Part shown: positions 28,418 to 38,233 of the stretch, one piece after another
Layout of the letters: each line of letters starts with the position of its first letter
Numbering within the stretch: position 1 is the first letter of the stretch
NCBI GenBank assembly: GCA_963841435.1
Contig: CAWJCS010000004.1
Location: 608,001 to 672,000, forward strand
From: an uncultured delta proteobacterium
GTDB lineage: Bacteria; Myxococcota_A; Polyangia; Polyangiales; Polyangiaceae
Direction: 5' to 3'
DNA: 64,000 nt
Program-made: the position numbers and the translations under genes
The notes under the pieces: generated by a model
Seen by the model: the letters and a program-made list of their open reading frames with translations, nothing else
Told to the model about the DNA's origin: nothing
Database searches by the model: none

Positions 28418-29656
28418 ATGGCTTGGGTGCGAGGTTCGGATTGGCGTGCGATGCGTGGGGCGCTCGTCGGCTTGGTGGTCGTGGTGGCGTGTGGGGGTCG
28501 CAGCATCCGCTACGACGGCGAGGAGAGCGCGGGTGATACGGGCGGCGGCACCGGTGGTTCCGGAGTCGGAGGAGGCGGCGGACGGGGCGGCAGCGTCACG
28601 ACCGGCGGTAGCGGCGGACGGGGCGGGAGCGTCGCGACCGGCGGTGGCGGTGGGACCACGGGTGGCGTTGGAGGCGCGACGGGCGGCGTCGGAGGCGCGG
28701 GCGCCATCGGCGGCGTTGGCGGCGACGCGATGGGAGCGCAAGGTGGCAGCGGCGTCGCAGGTAGCCCCTGCGTGCCGAACCGCTGCGAGCACAATGGGCG
28801 GTGCTTCGATGGACTCTGCGACTGCTCGGGAACGGGCTACGAAGGCTCCTTCTGCGATAGCGACGTTGACGAGTGCGTTTTCGACAACGGGGGCTGCGAT
28901 CCCCTGACGAAGTGCACGAACGTTCCTGGGAGCCGCGTTTGCGGCCCGTGCCCGCCCGGCTTCGACGGCACGGGCGAGAGCGGCTGCAAGATGTCGAACC
29001 CGTGCGACCCCAACCCCTGCCAAAACCAGGGAGCCTGCGGGATTAGCGCAGGCAGCTTCGTCTGCAAGTGCGTGCCACCGTGGGACGGACCGACCTGCGA
29101 GTCTCCGCTCACCAGGGTCACGATCGGCGTCTCGGATCGCGGCTGGTGGAATCAGAGCGGTCAACACACGACCGGATTGCAAAATACCCTGACGGGTTAC
29201 TGCGGAACGTGCGGCTTCGCGGTCGTCTACAATTCTTTTTTCGTGTTCTATCTGCCGGTGTGGGCGGGTACGCTCACGAGCGCGACGCTGATGCTCGAGC
29301 ACGAGCAATATCAGAGCCCTGACTCGACCGAAGCGTTCTCGGTGTGGGACGTCTCGACGCCGCTCTCGACGTTGCTCGGCACGTCTACCGGCAATACGGC
29401 TCCGTACGAAGATCTGATGGAGGGGATCCCCTACGGCAAGTTCGTGGCGACGGCTCAGACGGTCGGTACCGTGCTCTCGATCGAATTGTCGCCTGACGCC
29501 GTGAAAGGGATTGCCGCGTCGCAGGGGAGCTCCTTTGCCCTCGGCATCCACGAGGACTCGTACTCGGGAATCGGCGCGGGTATCGACGAATGGGCGCGCT
29601 TCAGCTTCGACAACGAAACGCGCGTGCAGCAGCTGTTGCTCACCATCGCGCCCTGA
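28418..29656 (+). CDS. Lipoprotein with Gly-rich linker, three EGF-like repeats and a C-terminal beta-sandwich
   Basis: LVVVVAC lipobox; CVPNRCEHNGRC, DVDECVFDNGGCDPLTKCTNVPGSRVC (Ca-EGF-like), CDPNPCQNQGAC. Start 28418 or 28451. Confidence 0.8.
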   Translation: MAWVRGSDWRAMRGALVGLVVVVACGGRSIRYDGEESAGDTGGGTGGSGVGGGGGRGGSVTTGGSGGRGGSVATGGGGGTTGGVGGATGGVGGAGAIGGVGGDAMGAQGGSGVAGSPCVPNRCEHNGRCFDGLCDCSGTGYEGSFCDSDVDECVFDNGGCDPLTKCTNVPGSRVCGPCPPGFDGTGESGCKMSNPCDPNPCQNQGACGISAGSFVCKCVPPWDGPTCESPLTRVTIGVSDRGWWNQSGQHTTGLQNTLTGYCGTCGFAVVYNSFFVFYLPVWAGTLTSATLMLEHEQYQSPDSTEAFSVWDVSTPLSTLLGTSTGNTAPYEDLMEGIPYGKFVATAQTVGTVLSIELSPDAVKGIAASQGSSFALGIHEDSYSGIGAGIDEWARFSFDNETRVQQLLLTIAP

Positions 29657-29684
29657 GCGGCGCGCGTCGCGGGAGCTTTGCCGG

Positions 29685-30824
29685 TCAGGGGCAGCCGATG
29701 CGCTCGGTGGCCACCGCAACGTCGTCGTACCACATCGTGCGCGACGGACCGTGGAACTCGAGGAAGCCGAAGACGAACGTCTGGTAGGTGAGAGCGGTCC
29801 AGCCCGACTTGTCGATCACGGGGGTGCCGTCCGAAAACACCTGGATGTGGCCGTTCGGCCCGTCGAAGAACGCTTCGGCGCAGTGCCAGGTGTCCTTCGC
29901 GAGCAGCACGCCCCCGGAGCCGCAGGCCATCGTGCCGCCGATCGAGGTGACGACGTCGTCATGGAGATTCATGACGACCTGGCAGTATTGCTCCGCGACT
30001 TCCATCAGGTCGCCGCTGTTCTGATCGCCCGTGCCGGTGGTCGCGCCGAAGAAGGCGTTGTGCTCGGACTGGCCGAGGTCGACGTCGCTGCGAACGTAGA
30101 GGCGCACCCAGAAGCTCGGCGCGGGTGCTGGCACGGAGAGAAGCCGGTAGCTGTAGCCGTCCAAGCCCGTCGGCTTGACCATGAACGAGTGGCTGCCGCC
30201 GTGCGCCACGGTGTCGTCGATCGCGACGAAGTCTGCCCATTGCGCGGCCTGGTAGGTTGGTTGGTAGGAGCTGCCGGCGGGCAATCCCGTGCCTTCGAAA
30301 TCGGCGCAAAAGCTCGCTGTGCTGGGGCAAGTGGTGGCGGCGCCACCCGTGCCGCTCGTTCCGGCGGCGCCGCTCGTCCCGGCCGAGGCGCCTGCGTCGC
30401 CGCCGCTGCCCCCGATGCCCGCGTCGCCGCCCATCGCCAAAGCGCCCCCGAGCCCCGCGTCGCCGGCGATGCCACCCTGGCCCGCCGTGCCCGCGTCGCC
30501 GCCGCTGCCCGCGTCGCCGCCGCCGCCAGCACCCGCCATGCCCGCCGCGCCGCCCGCCGGAGCGCCTCCCGCCGCTGCGAAACCGCCGGCACCGGCCGTG
30601 CCGCCCACGCCGCTCGTCGCGGCGGCTCCGCCGCTGCCGACGCCTGCACCGCCTGCCGTTGCTCCCGAGCCACTCGCTCCACCGCTCCCGGCTGCGGCGC
30701 CTGCGCCCGTGCCGCCCGTCCCCGGCTCGCCGCTCGGCGTCCCCGCCGAGCACGCGCCGAGCACGACGATGACTCCAAGGTGTAGCGCTCCGAGCGCTGG
30801 GTGGAAGGTTTGGCCGCGAAGCAA
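29685..30824 (-). CDS. Gly-rich lipoprotein with Cip1-like/LamG-type core domain
   Basis: VVLGAC lipobox; FCADFEG, IDDTVAHGGSHS, FWVRLYV, WHCAE, MWYDDVAVATERIGC. Confidence 0.7.
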   Translation of the reverse strand: MLRGQTFHPALGALHLGVIVVLGACSAGTPSGEPGTGGTGAGAAAGSGGASGSGATAGGAGVGSGGAAATSGVGGTAGAGGFAAAGGAPAGGAAGMAGAGGGGDAGSGGDAGTAGQGGIAGDAGLGGALAMGGDAGIGGSGGDAGASAGTSGAAGTSGTGGAATTCPSTASFCADFEGTGLPAGSSYQPTYQAAQWADFVAIDDTVAHGGSHSFMVKPTGLDGYSYRLLSVPAPAPSFWVRLYVRSDVDLGQSEHNAFFGATTGTGDQNSGDLMEVAEQYCQVVMNLHDDVVTSIGGTMACGSGGVLLAKDTWHCAEAFFDGPNGHIQVFSDGTPVIDKSGWTALTYQTFVFGFLEFHGPSRTMWYDDVAVATERIGCP

Positions 30825-30899
30825 GAAGCCGCAAGCTTAGCAAACGCTCGCGGCGCGCGCTCGCTCGGCGCCGCCCCCTTGCAGCCCATTCGCTGCGCC

Positions 30900-31625
30900 C
30901 TAGCCGGAAAGATCGACCACGCCGCGAAGCACGACCGGGCACGATTCCGTCCCCGTCTTTTCGTCGTACTGTTGGTGGTAGTCCTCTGCCTTGTAGAAGG
31001 AGCCGATCGCGCCGATCTCGGTCGTGATGGGCTTTCTGAGCTGCCCCTGCTCCGCTTTGCGCGAGCGCTCGGCTGTCGCCTTCTGTGCGTCGGAAAACGT
31101 GAAGATGGCGCTGCGGTATTGATCGCCAAAGTCGGGGCCCTGCCGATCCTTCGTCGTCGGATCGTGCGTCGCCCAGAAGACCTCGAGCAGCTTTTCGTAC
31201 TTCACGCGCTTCGGGTCGAACTCGACGAGCACCGTCTCCGCGTGGCCCGTCGTGTGCGTGCACACTGCTTCGTAGGTCGGGTTCTTGGTGCGGCCGCCCG
31301 TGTAGCCCACGGCCGTCGCGACGACGCCGGGGACGTGGCGGAACGTGTTCTCAGAGCCCCAGAAGCAGCCTTCGGCGAACGCCGCGAGCTCGTTTCCCGC
31401 TCGCGGCGTCAGTGGCGTGCCCATGCCGGCGTGCCCGGGATCGGTGCCGACCTTGGTTTTTGCAGGCATGGCCGTCTTCGCGTCGGCGGCGCCCGCGGGT
31501 GCAGCCGGGCCAGCCGCATGAGCCGTGGACGCGCGCGGCTCCGGTGCCTGCGATTGCCGCGACTGGCATGCCGCGACGGTCGTGGTGAAGAGGGCGAAAA
31601 CCAGGGTTTCGAACGAGCGGGCCAT
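30900..31625 (-). CDS. msrA: Peptide-methionine (S)-S-oxide reductase with lipoprotein-like leader
   Basis: GCFWG, NPTYEAVC, TGHAE, HDPT, QYRSAIF, AEDYHQQY. Confidence 0.93.
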   Translation of the reverse strand: MARSFETLVFALFTTTVAACQSRQSQAPEPRASTAHAAGPAAPAGAADAKTAMPAKTKVGTDPGHAGMGTPLTPRAGNELAAFAEGCFWGSENTFRHVPGVVATAVGYTGGRTKNPTYEAVCTHTTGHAETVLVEFDPKRVKYEKLLEVFWATHDPTTKDRQGPDFGDQYRSAIFTFSDAQKATAERSRKAEQGQLRKPITTEIGAIGSFYKAEDYHQQYDEKTGTESCPVVLRGVVDLSG

Positions 31626-31748
31626 ACTCTTCGTACGGAAGTGGAGGGGGGTGGTTTCACCGAGTTCGAACCGGCGGCGCTCGCTCGGTGAGCCGCGAAG
31701 CCTCCGTGGCGGTTCGTAGTGCTCGTGAGCTTCTCGGGGCACGTCCAC

Positions 31749-32885
31749 ATGGTTCGCGCAGCGTTCGCTCTTATGACGCTTTCATTGGGGTGCAGCACGG
31801 ATACCGGGCCTTTGACGGCTCAAGGGGGGGTGGGGGCTGGGGCCGGAACGGCTGGTAGCGCCGGGCTCGGCGGCGCCGGCGGCGGATCAGCGCCCGGAAA
31901 GGGCGGTACGGACGCGGGTGTCGCCGGAACGGCGGCGCTCGGCGCGACGGCCGGCGGGGGGAGCGGTGGGGGTGCAGCTTCGCCAGGGGCGGCTGGTGCG
32001 TCCGGGAGAAGCGGCGCCGGCGGCGAGGCCGGTTCGGCGGACGCCGGCGGCGGAGGACGCGGCGGCGCGCCAGGTGCGGGCGGTGCGGGTGCGGGTGCGG
32101 CGAGCGGCGGTGCGGGGGCGAGCGCGGGCACGGCGGGTCTCGGCGCCGGCGGCGACGACGGGCTGCCGCCCGACGAAGAGATCCCGCCGGGCTACGTGAA
32201 GGGCATCATCGGCGTCGGTTACGGCGGCATCCGCATTCTCTCGCGTGACGGCGGTAGCACGTGGGGTGAGCGCGTCTCGATCGCCGCGAGCGGCGGCGAC
32301 GACGACAACCTCATCCGTGCCATTGCCTATGGCAAGGGCCGTTGGATCGCGACCGGCTGGAACCTGTGGACTTCGGACGATGGCCTCGCCTGGACGAGCC
32401 ACGGCAAGCTCCACGATGGGTTCATCAGCGATCAGCAGATCATCGAAGGCCTGGCCTACGCCAGCGGCTACTTCTACGCCGCGGGTGATGGGAGCCCGAG
32501 CCGCCTCTATCGTTCCGCGGACGGTCTCAGCTGGGAGCGATACGCTCAGATCGGCGATACCGTGAAGCACACGGGTTTGAAGATCCGCGACGGCGTGTTC
32601 GTGTCGTTCGGTGACTCGCACACGAGCTATCAGTCGTCCGACGGGCTCAGCTGGACCGCGATGGGCATCGACGATGCGACCTTCTGCGAAGGGACGTGGA
32701 AGAGCCTCGCCGATTGCCACGACGCCGCGTGGTTCGACGACGGCTTCTACCTGACGGTCGAGTGGGGTGGGGAGATTCGTCGCTCGACGAGCGGGCAAAA
32801 CTTCCAGACCGTGTATCGCGACGACGAGGAGAACACGCTCTACAAGAGCTGCGCCGTCGCCGAGGGCTACGTCGCCGCGCTTTGA
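31749..32885 (+). CDS. Gly-rich lipoprotein with BNR/Asp-box beta-propeller
   Basis: TLSLGC lipobox; repeated SRDGGSTW, SDDGLAW, SADGLSW, SSDGLSW. Confidence 0.75.
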   Translation: MVRAAFALMTLSLGCSTDTGPLTAQGGVGAGAGTAGSAGLGGAGGGSAPGKGGTDAGVAGTAALGATAGGGSGGGAASPGAAGASGRSGAGGEAGSADAGGGGRGGAPGAGGAGAGAASGGAGASAGTAGLGAGGDDGLPPDEEIPPGYVKGIIGVGYGGIRILSRDGGSTWGERVSIAASGGDDDNLIRAIAYGKGRWIATGWNLWTSDDGLAWTSHGKLHDGFISDQQIIEGLAYASGYFYAAGDGSPSRLYRSADGLSWERYAQIGDTVKHTGLKIRDGVFVSFGDSHTSYQSSDGLSWTAMGIDDATFCEGTWKSLADCHDAAWFDDGFYLTVEWGGEIRRSTSGQNFQTVYRDDEENTLYKSCAVAEGYVAAL

Positions 32886-32944
32886 GGGGCGAGCGTGGGC
32901 GTTCGGTCGCTCGCGCGTGGCCACCCTGCTAGGGTACCGGGCCG

Positions 32945-33877
32945 ATGGCTCCCCCGCGTTTCGAGCCGCGCCGAGAGCTCGGACGAACCGGCTTTCGTGC
33001 GAGCGTGCTCGGCATCGGTGACCTCGCCGATCGGGCCGTGCCGTTCGAGGCTTCGGTTGCCACGCTCGTCCGAGCGCTCGACGCGGGGCTCAACGTCATC
33101 GACACGGCGCCGAGCTACGAGGATGGGCTCAGTGAAGAGCTCGTGGGCGCCGCTCTCCGTGGGCGCCGCGAGGGCGTCTTCCTCATCGACAAGGTCAACC
33201 TCTTCGACCAGCCCGTGATGCCGCAGGTCGAGGCGAGCATCGAACGCCTCGGGGGCGCGCACCCGGACGCCTTCGTGTTCCATGGCGTCTCGACGCCCGA
33301 AGCGTTCCGGGCGCTCGCCGCTCCCGGCGGTCCATTCGAGGAGCTCGCGCGTGTCGTGAGCCTCGGGCTCGCCCGTTTTCGCGGCGTCTCGTGCCACCAC
33401 CCCGAGGTCGCGCGCGAGGCGATCCTGTCCGGTCTGTGCGACGTGATCTTGTTCCCCGTGGGTCCGTTCGTCGACGACCGCTACGTCGACGAGACACTGC
33501 CGCTCGCGCGCGAGCGCCGCGTTGGCAGCGTGTGCTTCAAGACGTTCGGTGCCGGTAAGCTGCTCGGCGATACGGAGGGCTACGGTCGACCGTTCGCGCA
33601 TCGTCCGCGTGGCAAGCTGAGCTCGGGCGGCGAGGACACCGCCGTGCCGACGTTGCCGCGCCTCGGCGTCGAGGAGTGCGTGCGCTTCACGCTGAGCTGT
33701 GACCCCGACGTTGCCCTGCTCGGGCTGAGCTTTCCGAACGAGCAGGACGCGGCGTTCGCGGCAGCCCACGGAGCGTCTCCACTCGCGCGTGACGAGCTCC
33801 TCGCGTTGCGCGAGCGGGCGGTCGAAGCGATGCGTGACAAGGGCCCCGCGTGGTGGAATCCCGAACCGGGCGCTTGA
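32945..33877 (+). CDS. Aldo/keto reductase
   Basis: RELGRTGFRASVLGIG, GLNVIDTAPSYEDGLSEELVG, RFRGVSCH. Confidence 0.88.
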   Translation: MAPPRFEPRRELGRTGFRASVLGIGDLADRAVPFEASVATLVRALDAGLNVIDTAPSYEDGLSEELVGAALRGRREGVFLIDKVNLFDQPVMPQVEASIERLGGAHPDAFVFHGVSTPEAFRALAAPGGPFEELARVVSLGLARFRGVSCHHPEVAREAILSGLCDVILFPVGPFVDDRYVDETLPLARERRVGSVCFKTFGAGKLLGDTEGYGRPFAHRPRGKLSSGGEDTAVPTLPRLGVEECVRFTLSCDPDVALLGLSFPNEQDAAFAAAHGASPLARDELLALRERAVEAMRDKGPAWWNPEPGA

Positions 33878-35628
33878 GCAGCTGGTTGGGGAGCCCCCGC
33901 ATCGCGCTCGTGGCGCTCGGTGTCGGCCTCGGTGCGCTGTTCGTCGTCACGAGCCTGAGGCCGCTCCGCGATTTCGATTTGCCCTGGAACCTCGCCTCCG
34001 GGCGGCTCCTCGCAAGAACGCATGAAATCCCCCACGAGGACCGGCTCGCGTTCACCCACGGTGCCCTCAACTACGTCGAGGTGCTGTCGGATCTCGGATT
34101 CTACGCCATCGTGAGCGTGCTCGGTGAGCGGGGTCTCGCCTTCGTCGGCGGTCTCTCGGTGCTCGCGACGGTGCTCTTCGTGCGGGCGCGCCTGTTCGGC
34201 GACCGAACGCTCGGCTGGCTCGCCGCTTCACTCGTCGCGATGACGGCGTCGTCGTGGTTCGAGGTCCGCCCCGCGACTCTCTCTTTCCCGCTCGTTGCGC
34301 TCGTGCTCTTCGTGATCGACGGACACCGCCGCAAACCCGAGGAGCTGCGGCCGCTCGTCGCCCTCGTGCCGTTGTTCTTCGTGTGGGCGAACGTCCACGG
34401 GTACGTGGCGCTCGGTGTGGCCGTGCTCGCGGGCTATGCCGCGCACCGCGCGCTCGCGCGCCTCGCACGCGGTCGAGCCGGAGCGCTCCTGCCCCGTCGC
34501 GACGGCGCACGCGCGGGCGCCGTGGCCGGCATCGCGCTCGCGGCGGCTGCCGCTGCCTCGGTCAACACCGTGGGCCCCCGCCTGCTGCTCGGCCCGCTCC
34601 GGCTCGACGAGCGATTCTCGGGCATCAGTGAGTGGGCCCGGCCCACGCGCGAGTTCTTCCTCAACCACGAGCCGCTCGCCGCGGGGGTCATCGCGCTCGG
34701 GCTCGTGGCCTTCGTGCTCGGGCGCGAGCGGGACGGCAGCCGCGCGCCCGCGCTCTACGATCTCGGGCTCGTCATGCTCGGCATCTCGGGCGTGCTCTCG
34801 GTGGTGCGCCTGTTGCCGCTCGGGCTCATCCTGGTCGTACCGCTTGCCGTTCGCCGCATCGGCGCTCGCTTTCCTCCCGCGGCCGGGACGATCGTCCCGG
34901 CGAGCCTCCTGCCGCTCGTCGCGGCCGGTACGCTCGCGGTGCGCCTGCCGCTGTCTCTGCACGCGGGCTTCGACCCCACGTTCTTGCCCGTGAACGCCGC
35001 TCGCTTCGCTGGGCAGCACGAGCCCGTGGGCCCGCTCTACAATTTCTGGCCGTTCGGCGGCTACCTCGGCTGGGCGCTCGAGCGGCCCGTCTTCATGGAT
35101 GGGCGCAACCAGCTCGCTCGCGATGTGTCGCTGCTCGAGCAAGCCGAGCGGGCATCGACGAACGGCGGTGCCTTCGAGACGCTACGGCGGCGCTACGGAT
35201 TCGAGTGGGCGGTCACCGGAGCACGCGAAGGCGAGGTGCACGACGTTCCGCTGGCGAGCTCCGAGGATTTCACGCTCGTCTACCTCGACGATCTTGCCGC
35301 CGTGTACGTCCGGCGTGACGGCCCGAATCGTTCGCTCGCGGATGCCGGCTACCGGGTGCTGCGCCATCTCACGTCGTACGAGTGGGTGCTCGGAAACGCC
35401 GTGCAAGGCGGGGAGCTCGCCGTCGCACTGTCGCACGATGGTGCCCTTGCGGCGACGCAGGCCCCCCAAAGCGCCCGCGCGGCATTCTTCGACGCGTCCG
35501 GCGGGATCGCAGTCCGCGATCGGGCGCAGTTCGAGCGCGGCCGCCGGCATCTCGCCGCGCTGCGCCCGGGCCACGCCGCGCTCGGGCTACTGGACCGCCT
35601 GGCGCGCGCCGAAGGGCTTCGCCGGTGA
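33874..35628 (+). CDS. Multi-TM protein, probable GT-C fold glycosyltransferase
   Basis: TTGA overlap with the AKR gene; DFDLPWNLASG, VRP, WANVHG, ISEW, FGGYLGW, VFMDGR. Confidence 0.6.
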   Translation: MSSWLGSPRIALVALGVGLGALFVVTSLRPLRDFDLPWNLASGRLLARTHEIPHEDRLAFTHGALNYVEVLSDLGFYAIVSVLGERGLAFVGGLSVLATVLFVRARLFGDRTLGWLAASLVAMTASSWFEVRPATLSFPLVALVLFVIDGHRRKPEELRPLVALVPLFFVWANVHGYVALGVAVLAGYAAHRALARLARGRAGALLPRRDGARAGAVAGIALAAAAAASVNTVGPRLLLGPLRLDERFSGISEWARPTREFFLNHEPLAAGVIALGLVAFVLGRERDGSRAPALYDLGLVMLGISGVLSVVRLLPLGLILVVPLAVRRIGARFPPAAGTIVPASLLPLVAAGTLAVRLPLSLHAGFDPTFLPVNAARFAGQHEPVGPLYNFWPFGGYLGWALERPVFMDGRNQLARDVSLLEQAERASTNGGAFETLRRRYGFEWAVTGAREGEVHDVPLASSEDFTLVYLDDLAAVYVRRDGPNRSLADAGYRVLRHLTSYEWVLGNAVQGGELAVALSHDGALAATQAPQSARAAFFDASGGIAVRDRAQFERGRRHLAALRPGHAALGLLDRLARAEGLRR

Positions 35629-37910
35629 GTCGAGGGTTGGCTCGCGCGCTACCGTATCTCGTAGCGCCACTGTCGGCGCTCGTGGTGTTGAGGAAGCTCG
35701 CGCTCGAGCGCGGCGTGCCCTTCAGCCCCTACTCCGATCTCATCGCGCAGTTTCTCTCCCTGAAGCTCGGGGCTCGCGCTGCGCTTTTGGGGGAGCATGC
35801 GATCCCAGCTTGGGACCCGGCGATGAACGCGGGCACACCGCTGCTCGCGAACCCCCAGTCGGGCCTGTTCAGCCCGCTCGAGTGGCCGTTCTGGTTGGCG
35901 CCACCCAACGTCGCAGCGAGTGTGCACGCCCTGCTCGCCGTCGCCGTCGCGGGCCTGACGATGCTGCTCTTCGCGCGCCGCGTGCTCGGGGGCCACCCGG
36001 CGGCCGTGCTTGCGAGCGTCACCTACGCCCTCTCGTTCCATCAGATCGCCGCGGTCTACACGGGCTGGACCCCGAACCTCTCGACGTACGCCTTGCTCCC
36101 GTTGCTTCCCTGGGCGGTGTGCTGGACCGTCGATGCGGCCGTGGCAGCTCCCGGCGCAACGCTCGTGCGCTCGCTGGCCCGCGCGCCCGTCGTGGCTCTC
36201 GTCGTCGCGCTGCTCTGCGTGCAGGGCGACATGCAGCAGGTTTACTATACGGGTCTCGGCTCGGGTGGCTACGCGCTCTGGTTGCTCTTTCGCGCGGAGC
36301 CATCCGCACGCCGGGCAGGGTCGGTCGCGCTCCTTTTTGGCGCGGTCTGCGGGCTCTTGCTTGCGGCGCCCGCGCTGCTCCCGCGCCTCGAGTACGCGCG
36401 CGAGAGCACGCGTACCCTCGAGGACTATGCCTTTTTCGTCAGCAGCGCGCCGCACGCACGCGAGCTCGCGCGGATCTTCGATCCACAGATGCTCGGCGGC
36501 TCGCGCCCCGAGTTTTGGGAGAAGAACTTCTACGTCGGCATCGCAGCCCTACCGCTCGTCGGCGTCGCGCTCGCCCGCGACCCGCGCCACGCAGGGATCT
36601 TGAGCGGGCTCGTGGCGCTCGCCGTCTTGCTTTCGTTCGACACGCCGCTGCTCCATGCCCTGCACGCCCTTTTGCCGGGGCTGTGGCTGTTCCGGCAGTC
36701 GTCGCGCCTGCTCGTCACGGCCGAGATCCCACTTTCGCTCGTCGCTGCGCTGGGTGCCCGCGCGCTGGTCGAGCCCGGGCCCGGGGCGCCGCCGCGCTTT
36801 CTCGGTGCTCTGCTCGGTGCGGGGGCGGTCGTCGCCTCGTTTGCCGTGGCTTCGACCGAGGCCTCGTCGCTCGCGCCTTTGTGGCTGATGACGCTGGGGG
36901 CGCTCGCGCTTCCGGCCGTGGCTCGCGTGCCGCGCGTCGCGGCGCTCGCAGCCCTCACGGTCCTCCCAGTGCTCGACGCGGAGTCGCGGTTCGCGCCGCT
37001 TTTCGAGGTGCGCCCGGCCGCGGAGGTGCTGACGCGTCCCGCCGAGCTCGACAAGCTCGCGCGCGGTCCCGACCGGGGGCGCACCCTCGCGGTCGGCCGC
37101 GCAGCGCTTCCTTACGGCATGGCGGGGCTCTTCGGCGTCGATCTCGTCAACGGCTACAGCGGCATCATGATCTCGCGCTTCGTCGAGTACATCGGCGTGA
37201 TGCAGTTCGGCGCGCCCGGTGGCGAGCGCGCCGCCCCGACGGTGTGGAACGACGTGAACGGCCTCGCGAACGCGGAGCTGTTGCGGGCGCTCGACGTGCG
37301 GCACGTGGTCACGACCCGCCGCCTCCCGCTCGAGGCCGCGGGCTTCGATCTGGCAGAGCACTTCGAGCGAGTACGCTCGTACGTCTTCTACCGGGGCATG
37401 CAGGCGCTGCCGCGCTACGTGTACGTTGCCCGCGAGCCGCTCGGCGCCGCCTACCTCGCGACGGAGATCCGCTCCGCACCCGACGACCCGAAGCGGCTAC
37501 TCGGCTTGCTCGCCGAGCTTCCGTCAGCACGCATCGCGTACGTGAGCGGCGTCGCGCCGGGGAACGGCCAGCGCTTCGACGCCCGCGGCAGCGTTCGTGA
37601 GCTTTCGCGCGGCGCCAATCGCTACGCGTACAACGTTAACGTGGGGTCCCGCTCGTTCGTGATCCTGAGCCAGATTGCGTATCCGGGCTGGTCGGCCACG
37701 CTCGACGGCGCGTTGATCCCGCTCGAGCGCGTCGATCACGCACTGCTCGGCTGCTTCGTTCCCCCGGGGCGCCATCGACTCGAGCTCTCGATGGGTGCGC
37801 CGGCCCTCGTGCTTGGCGGCGAGCTCGCGCTCGTGGGTCTCGTCCTTTTCGTGGCCGTCGCGTTGCTCGTGCCTACTGGCAAGTCGAAGCGAGCGAGCCG
37901 AGCGCGTTGA
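35625..37910 (+). CDS. YfhO family membrane protein (GT-C-like)
   Basis: IPAWDPAMNAGTPLLANPQSGLFSP, FYVGI, ILSQIAYPGWSATLDG, VPPGRHRL. Confidence 0.8.
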   Translation: MSRGLARALPYLVAPLSALVVLRKLALERGVPFSPYSDLIAQFLSLKLGARAALLGEHAIPAWDPAMNAGTPLLANPQSGLFSPLEWPFWLAPPNVAASVHALLAVAVAGLTMLLFARRVLGGHPAAVLASVTYALSFHQIAAVYTGWTPNLSTYALLPLLPWAVCWTVDAAVAAPGATLVRSLARAPVVALVVALLCVQGDMQQVYYTGLGSGGYALWLLFRAEPSARRAGSVALLFGAVCGLLLAAPALLPRLEYARESTRTLEDYAFFVSSAPHARELARIFDPQMLGGSRPEFWEKNFYVGIAALPLVGVALARDPRHAGILSGLVALAVLLSFDTPLLHALHALLPGLWLFRQSSRLLVTAEIPLSLVAALGARALVEPGPGAPPRFLGALLGAGAVVASFAVASTEASSLAPLWLMTLGALALPAVARVPRVAALAALTVLPVLDAESRFAPLFEVRPAAEVLTRPAELDKLARGPDRGRTLAVGRAALPYGMAGLFGVDLVNGYSGIMISRFVEYIGVMQFGAPGGERAAPTVWNDVNGLANAELLRALDVRHVVTTRRLPLEAAGFDLAEHFERVRSYVFYRGMQALPRYVYVAREPLGAAYLATEIRSAPDDPKRLLGLLAELPSARIAYVSGVAPGNGQRFDARGSVRELSRGANRYAYNVNVGSRSFVILSQIAYPGWSATLDGALIPLERVDHALLGCFVPPGRHRLELSMGAPALVLGGELALVGLVLFVAVALLVPTGKSKRASRAR

Positions 37911-38121
37911 GTCGCACTTGGTAGGTCGAGTCGGCGGGCGGGCTCGTCACGTTCAAGGCGAACACGCCGTCGGCGATGCGCTGGTTCAGCGTGGTCGCCG
38001 TCTGATCGCTCCAGGAATCTGCCTGCTGGCTCGGCCCGAAGCTCGTGTTTGCACCGTCCCCTTGGGTATCGACGCAGGTGCTCCCACACGCGGAAAGGCC
38101 CTGCTCAGCCACCAGAGGCAC
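37905..38121 (-). pseudogene. Remnant of a Cys-rich secreted protein gene
   Basis: GLSACGSTCVDTQGDGAN is half of the myxobacterial CGxxCVDxxxDxxNCGxCG repeat, joined to ADGVFALNVTSPPADSTYQVRL; no signal peptide or proper end. Confidence 0.4.
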
Positions 38122-38233
38122 GGCTTTCGTGCGCCTCGGGCACTATTCCTGCTGCAAAGACGGAAAATTGCGGGCGGGCTCGCCCTCCCGGCGGACGTTG
38201 TCCCTTGCGTGCGCTACTGTCGCCGACTCTCTC

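Noticed and set aside
31657-31691. 8-bp inverted repeat tcaccgag...ctcggtga between msrA and the divergent lipoprotein
   Set aside because: Short and GC-rich; plausible by chance and no function can be assigned.
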